Assembly (NCBI RefSeq): GCF_000406145.1
Contig: NZ_CM001976.1
Location: forward strand, 3,744,955 to 3,776,954
DNA from: Dickeya dadantii NCPPB 898
GTDB lineage: Bacteria > Pseudomonadota > Gammaproteobacteria > Enterobacterales > Enterobacteriaceae
Length of the DNA stretch: 32,000 nt
Direction of reading: 5' to 3'
Under the pieces are notes generated by a model. That model was given only the letters and a program-made list of their open reading frames with translations. It did no database searches and had not been told where the DNA came from. The translations under genes were made by a program, and so were the position numbers. Shown here in pieces: positions 29,193 through 32,000 of the stretch. The stretch's first letter is position 1. The number at the start of each line of letters is the position of its first letter.

Positions 29193-30167
29193 ATGACGTT
29201 ATTGAAACCCCTTGCTGTTTTCTGTTTGTCATTATCTCTGGTTCCGGCGTTCGCCAACGCCGAAGCGGTCGCGCAGGTCAAAACCCAGCCTGGGTATTAC
29301 CGCATCATGGTCGGACAATATGAAATTACCGCGTTGTCCGACGGCACCAACACCATGCCGATGGACAAGCTGCTCACCCGCACCCCACGGGAGAAAATCG
29401 TCAGTCTGCTGGAAGCCAGCTACCTGAAACCGCAGGTGGAAACCTCCATCAACGCGTTTCTGATCAATACCGGCAAAAACCTGATTCTGGTCGACAGCGG
29501 CACCGGCGCGCTGGGCGGAAAAACCACCGGTAAAACGCTGGCCAACCTGAAAGCGGCCGGGTACCAACCGGCACAGGTCGATACCGTACTGGTGACCCAC
29601 CTGCATGCCGATCACTTCGGCGGGCTGGTCAGCGACGGCAAGCTGGTGTATCCCAACGCCACCATTTACGTGAATCAGAAAGACACCGATTTCTGGCTGA
29701 GCCCGGATAATCTGAAAAAAGCGCCGCAGGATAAAAAAGCCGGATTTGAGCGGGTGCAGGACGTGTTCCGCCACATCCGCGAAGCCGGCAAACTCAAGAC
29801 CTTCACCGACCATCAGTCACTGCCTGCCGGCATTACCGCGGTGCCTACGCCAGGCCATACCCCCGGCCATACCGCTTTTCTGGTCAACAGCGAGAGTCAG
29901 AAAATGCTGCTGTGGGGCGACATCGTGCACGCCGAAGCGGTACAAATGCCGTTGCCGGACACCGCCATCGCGTTTGACTCCGATAGCGAGCAGGCGGTTC
30001 GCACCCGCGATGCATTGCTGAAAGAGACGGTGAAACAGGGTTACTGGGTGGCGGGCGCACACCTGCCGTTCCCCGGCATCGGCCACGTCGCGGCACAGCA
30101 CGACGCCAGCGGCAAAACCAACGGCTATCGTTGGCTACCGGTCAATTACAGCCTGTCGGGGCTGTGA
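29193..30167 (+). CDS. secreted metallo-beta-lactamase-fold hydrolase, methyl parathion hydrolase (MPH)/lactonase-like family
   Basis: ATG at 29193 gives signal peptide MTLLKPLAVFCLSLSLVPAFA|NAEA. The HxHxDH motif THLHADHFGG is present. PGYYRIMVGQYEITALSDGT, ANLKAAGYQPAQVD, PGHTPGHT, FPGIGH and GYRWLPVNYS are colinear with MPH as I remember it. The track start at 29094 is upstream of the Shine-Dalgarno sequence and signal peptide. Confidence 0.75.
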   Translation: MTLLKPLAVFCLSLSLVPAFANAEAVAQVKTQPGYYRIMVGQYEITALSDGTNTMPMDKLLTRTPREKIVSLLEASYLKPQVETSINAFLINTGKNLILVDSGTGALGGKTTGKTLANLKAAGYQPAQVDTVLVTHLHADHFGGLVSDGKLVYPNATIYVNQKDTDFWLSPDNLKKAPQDKKAGFERVQDVFRHIREAGKLKTFTDHQSLPAGITAVPTPGHTPGHTAFLVNSESQKMLLWGDIVHAEAVQMPLPDTAIAFDSDSEQAVRTRDALLKETVKQGYWVAGAHLPFPGIGHVAAQHDASGKTNGYRWLPVNYSLSGL

Positions 30168-30182
30168 GTCACCGTCAGCGTC

Positions 30183-30211
30183 AAAAAACGGGCTTTCGCA
30201 GAAAGCCCGTT
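30183..30211 (-). terminator. rho-independent terminator (serves rhiN; may also stop the convergent MBL gene)
   Basis: An 11-bp stem AACGGGCTTTC/GAAAGCCCGTT (30187-30197 / 30201-30211) has a run of A on the plus strand upstream. That run is the U-tract for the minus-strand transcript. Confidence 0.8.
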
Positions 30212-30237
30212 CAAAACCTTTCTCTCTTCAAGACGCT

Positions 30238-31377
30238 TTACAGATAAACGCGCAAATACTCCGACAGGCACAGAATCGCCATCGCCTGACCGTACGGCAT
30301 TGAGGTCAGCGGAATCTGGCGGTAATAGTCCAGTTCCTTGCCCATCGCCGTTCCGAAGGACACGTTCAGCAATTCCCCGTTCTCGCTGATATTCGCCACC
30401 ACGCCGCGCATCGCCTTTTCCGCCACCTCGGCGTAGCGACGGTCAATGTAGCGCTTACGCACCGCTTTGAGGATGCCGTAGGCAAACCCGGCGGTAGCGG
30501 AGCTTTCCAGATAAGAGGTGGGGTCATCCAGCAGGGTGTGCCACAGGCCGCTGTCGTCCTGGTACTTCGCCAGCGCTTCCACCTGGCTTTCCAGCACCTG
30601 AATCAGAAAACGGCGGGTGGCGTTGTGTTCAGGCAGATCCAGCAATTCGATGAATTCCGGGATTACAATGGTCAGCCAGCTGTTGCCGCGCGCCCAGCGC
30701 GCCTGCGCAAAACTGTGGTTGCCGTCGAAGGTCCAGCCGTGGAACCACAGGCCGCTCTGACGATCCATCAGGTACTGCACGTGCAGCAGGAACTGGTAGG
30801 TGGCTTCTTCGACAAACTCGGGGCGGTTGAGCAGCTTGCCGATTTTCGCCAGCGGCAGCACGCTCATCATCAACGTGTCGTCCCACAGTTGATCGGTGTT
30901 TTCGCTGTTGTAGACGATATGCTGCAAACCGTCTTTGTGGGTACGCGGCATGTCGTACATCACCCATTCAGCCCAACGTTCGAGATACGGCAGCCAACGG
31001 CTGTCGCCGGTTTCTTCATAACGGTAGGCCAGCGTCAGGAACGGACATACCGTGTTGACGTTTTTGGTCGGCGTCCCTTCGGCCAGCCGGGCGGTGAACC
31101 AGTCATCGATGATAGCGCGCATCCGCTCGTCGCCGGTCTGGCGATAATACTGATAGATGCCGTACAGCCCGATGCCGTGCGTCCATTCCCAGCCGGCCCA
31201 GCCCTTGGTATCAATTACCCGGCCGTCGTCCAGCCGCAACAGGAATTCGCCGGTTTTATCCTCAATGTTGATCAAATTGTCGGTCACCCGGCAAATCAAC
31301 GCTTTTAAATCGTCCCGGGAGATGAAGTATTCGGGCTGGCGCAGCAGTGCGCTATGTTTCACAGGGAAAATGGTCAT
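30238..31377 (-). CDS. rhiN: unsaturated rhamnogalacturonyl hydrolase (GH105, YteR/YesR family)
   Basis: The 379-aa ORF has no signal peptide. It shows the alpha/alpha-barrel family pattern (GWEWTHGIGLYGIYQYY, DDTLMMSVLPLAKIG, WARGNSW). It lies directly downstream of a GPH transporter gene, as in the Dickeya rhiT-rhiN operon. Confidence 0.75.
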   Translation of the reverse strand: MTIFPVKHSALLRQPEYFISRDDLKALICRVTDNLINIEDKTGEFLLRLDDGRVIDTKGWAGWEWTHGIGLYGIYQYYRQTGDERMRAIIDDWFTARLAEGTPTKNVNTVCPFLTLAYRYEETGDSRWLPYLERWAEWVMYDMPRTHKDGLQHIVYNSENTDQLWDDTLMMSVLPLAKIGKLLNRPEFVEEATYQFLLHVQYLMDRQSGLWFHGWTFDGNHSFAQARWARGNSWLTIVIPEFIELLDLPEHNATRRFLIQVLESQVEALAKYQDDSGLWHTLLDDPTSYLESSATAGFAYGILKAVRKRYIDRRYAEVAEKAMRGVVANISENGELLNVSFGTAMGKELDYYRQIPLTSMPYGQAMAILCLSEYLRVYL

Positions 31378-31456
31378 AACAGATATCCAGTTCCAGTTTC
31401 GTTACACATCAATCGATGACTTCTACTCAATAACGTCTCAATCCACGCAATGCCGT

Positions 31457-32000
31457 TCAATGCACACCGTGGTGAGGCGTTCTGCCGGTCATCGACCGGG
31501 CCGGTGCCTTGTGGCGATTGAGATAACCAATGTTGTTGTTCCCCCACAGGGATTCGTACGGCATACCGGCCAGCATTTCCACCGTGGCACGGGCTTCCGG
31601 CGTGACTTTTTCCGGTACGATGCGGCCTGCCTCACGCATTTTCGCCGTTTCCTGGCGCAGCACTTCATGCGTCTGCAAATTCAGTTTGAAGCGCAGAGAT
31701 ACCAGGAAGCCTAATGCCAGCACCCCGACCGTCCCGAAGCACAGCACCATCAAAATAGTGTGGCTGACGCCCGGTGCCTGCACGCTCTGGCCGGAGACAA
31801 AACCGGACAGTTGCAGCACGATGCCCACCAGCATTACCGCGCCGGCCTGCGAGGCTTTACGAGTCAGGGTCATAATGCCGGCGAAGATCCCTTCACGGCG
31901 CTGGGCGGTGATGACTTCATCCACATCAGCGATGTAGGTATAGGTATTCCATGGCACATAGTTGATGCCGCCGCGGCCCAAACCGGCCAAACCGGACACC
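31457..32000 (-). CDS. rhiT: glycoside-pentoside-hexuronide (GPH) family cation symporter, 3' part only (5' end beyond the right window edge); probable rhamnogalacturonide transporter
   Basis: The frame is open to the window edge. The sequence contains hydrophobic TM segments and a GPH-like C-terminal half. It sits upstream of rhiN in the same orientation with a 79-bp gap. Confidence 0.65.
   Translation of the reverse strand, partial: VSGLAGLGRGGINYVPWNTYTYIADVDEVITAQRREGIFAGIMTLTRKASQAGAVMLVGIVLQLSGFVSGQSVQAPGVSHTILMVLCFGTVGVLALGFLVSLRFKLNLQTHEVLRQETAKMREAGRIVPEKVTPEARATVEMLAGMPYESLWGNNNIGYLNRHKAPARSMTGRTPHHGVH

Noticed and set aside
31997-31999. Apparent GTG start of the rhiT ORF at the right window edge
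   Set aside because: This is an artefact of window truncation. The frame is open to the edge, and GPH transporters are much longer than the 180 residues visible.

Overview
This window looks like chromosomal DNA from a pectinolytic enterobacterium. The likely source is Dickeya or another Pectobacteriaceae member, judged from an rhiT-rhiN-type operon and very close protein similarity to E. coli housekeeping genes. Similarity calls are by eye against sequences I remember; no search was run. Most of the window is core genome. From left to right: (1) The promoter and leader of an rRNA operon on the minus strand, with the 16S gene starting just off the left edge. (2) gmhB, then the metNIQ-rcsF-trmO-proS block. 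(3) A lineage-specific junction straight into rpoS-nlpD-pcm-truD-ispF-ispD-ftsB-ygbE on the minus strand. surE, expected between truD and pcm, is absent, and what look like both of its ends remain as a scar. (4) The sulfate assimilation genes cysC-cysN-cysD-cysG and cysH-cysI-cysJ on the minus strand. No CRISPR-Cas lies between them, unlike E. coli K-12. (5) An accessory stretch from about 22.6 to 27.9 kb between cysJ and queD. It carries a 569-aa cytoplasmic protein that looks like a distant, N-terminally truncated GH67 alpha-glucuronidase homologue, an orphan TogB-like periplasmic binding protein with no permease or ATPase genes nearby, and an atypical cytoplasmic GH28. (6) queD and queE. 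(7) A secreted methyl-parathion-hydrolase-like metallo-beta-lactamase-fold protein. (8) rhiN (GH105) and the 3' part of rhiT. The best candidate for something undescribed is the three-gene carbohydrate island, which may be a new acidic-oligosaccharide utilisation module. I saw no defence system, mobile element, tRNA or CRISPR array. The many long ORFs antisense to known genes look like GC-driven artefacts.
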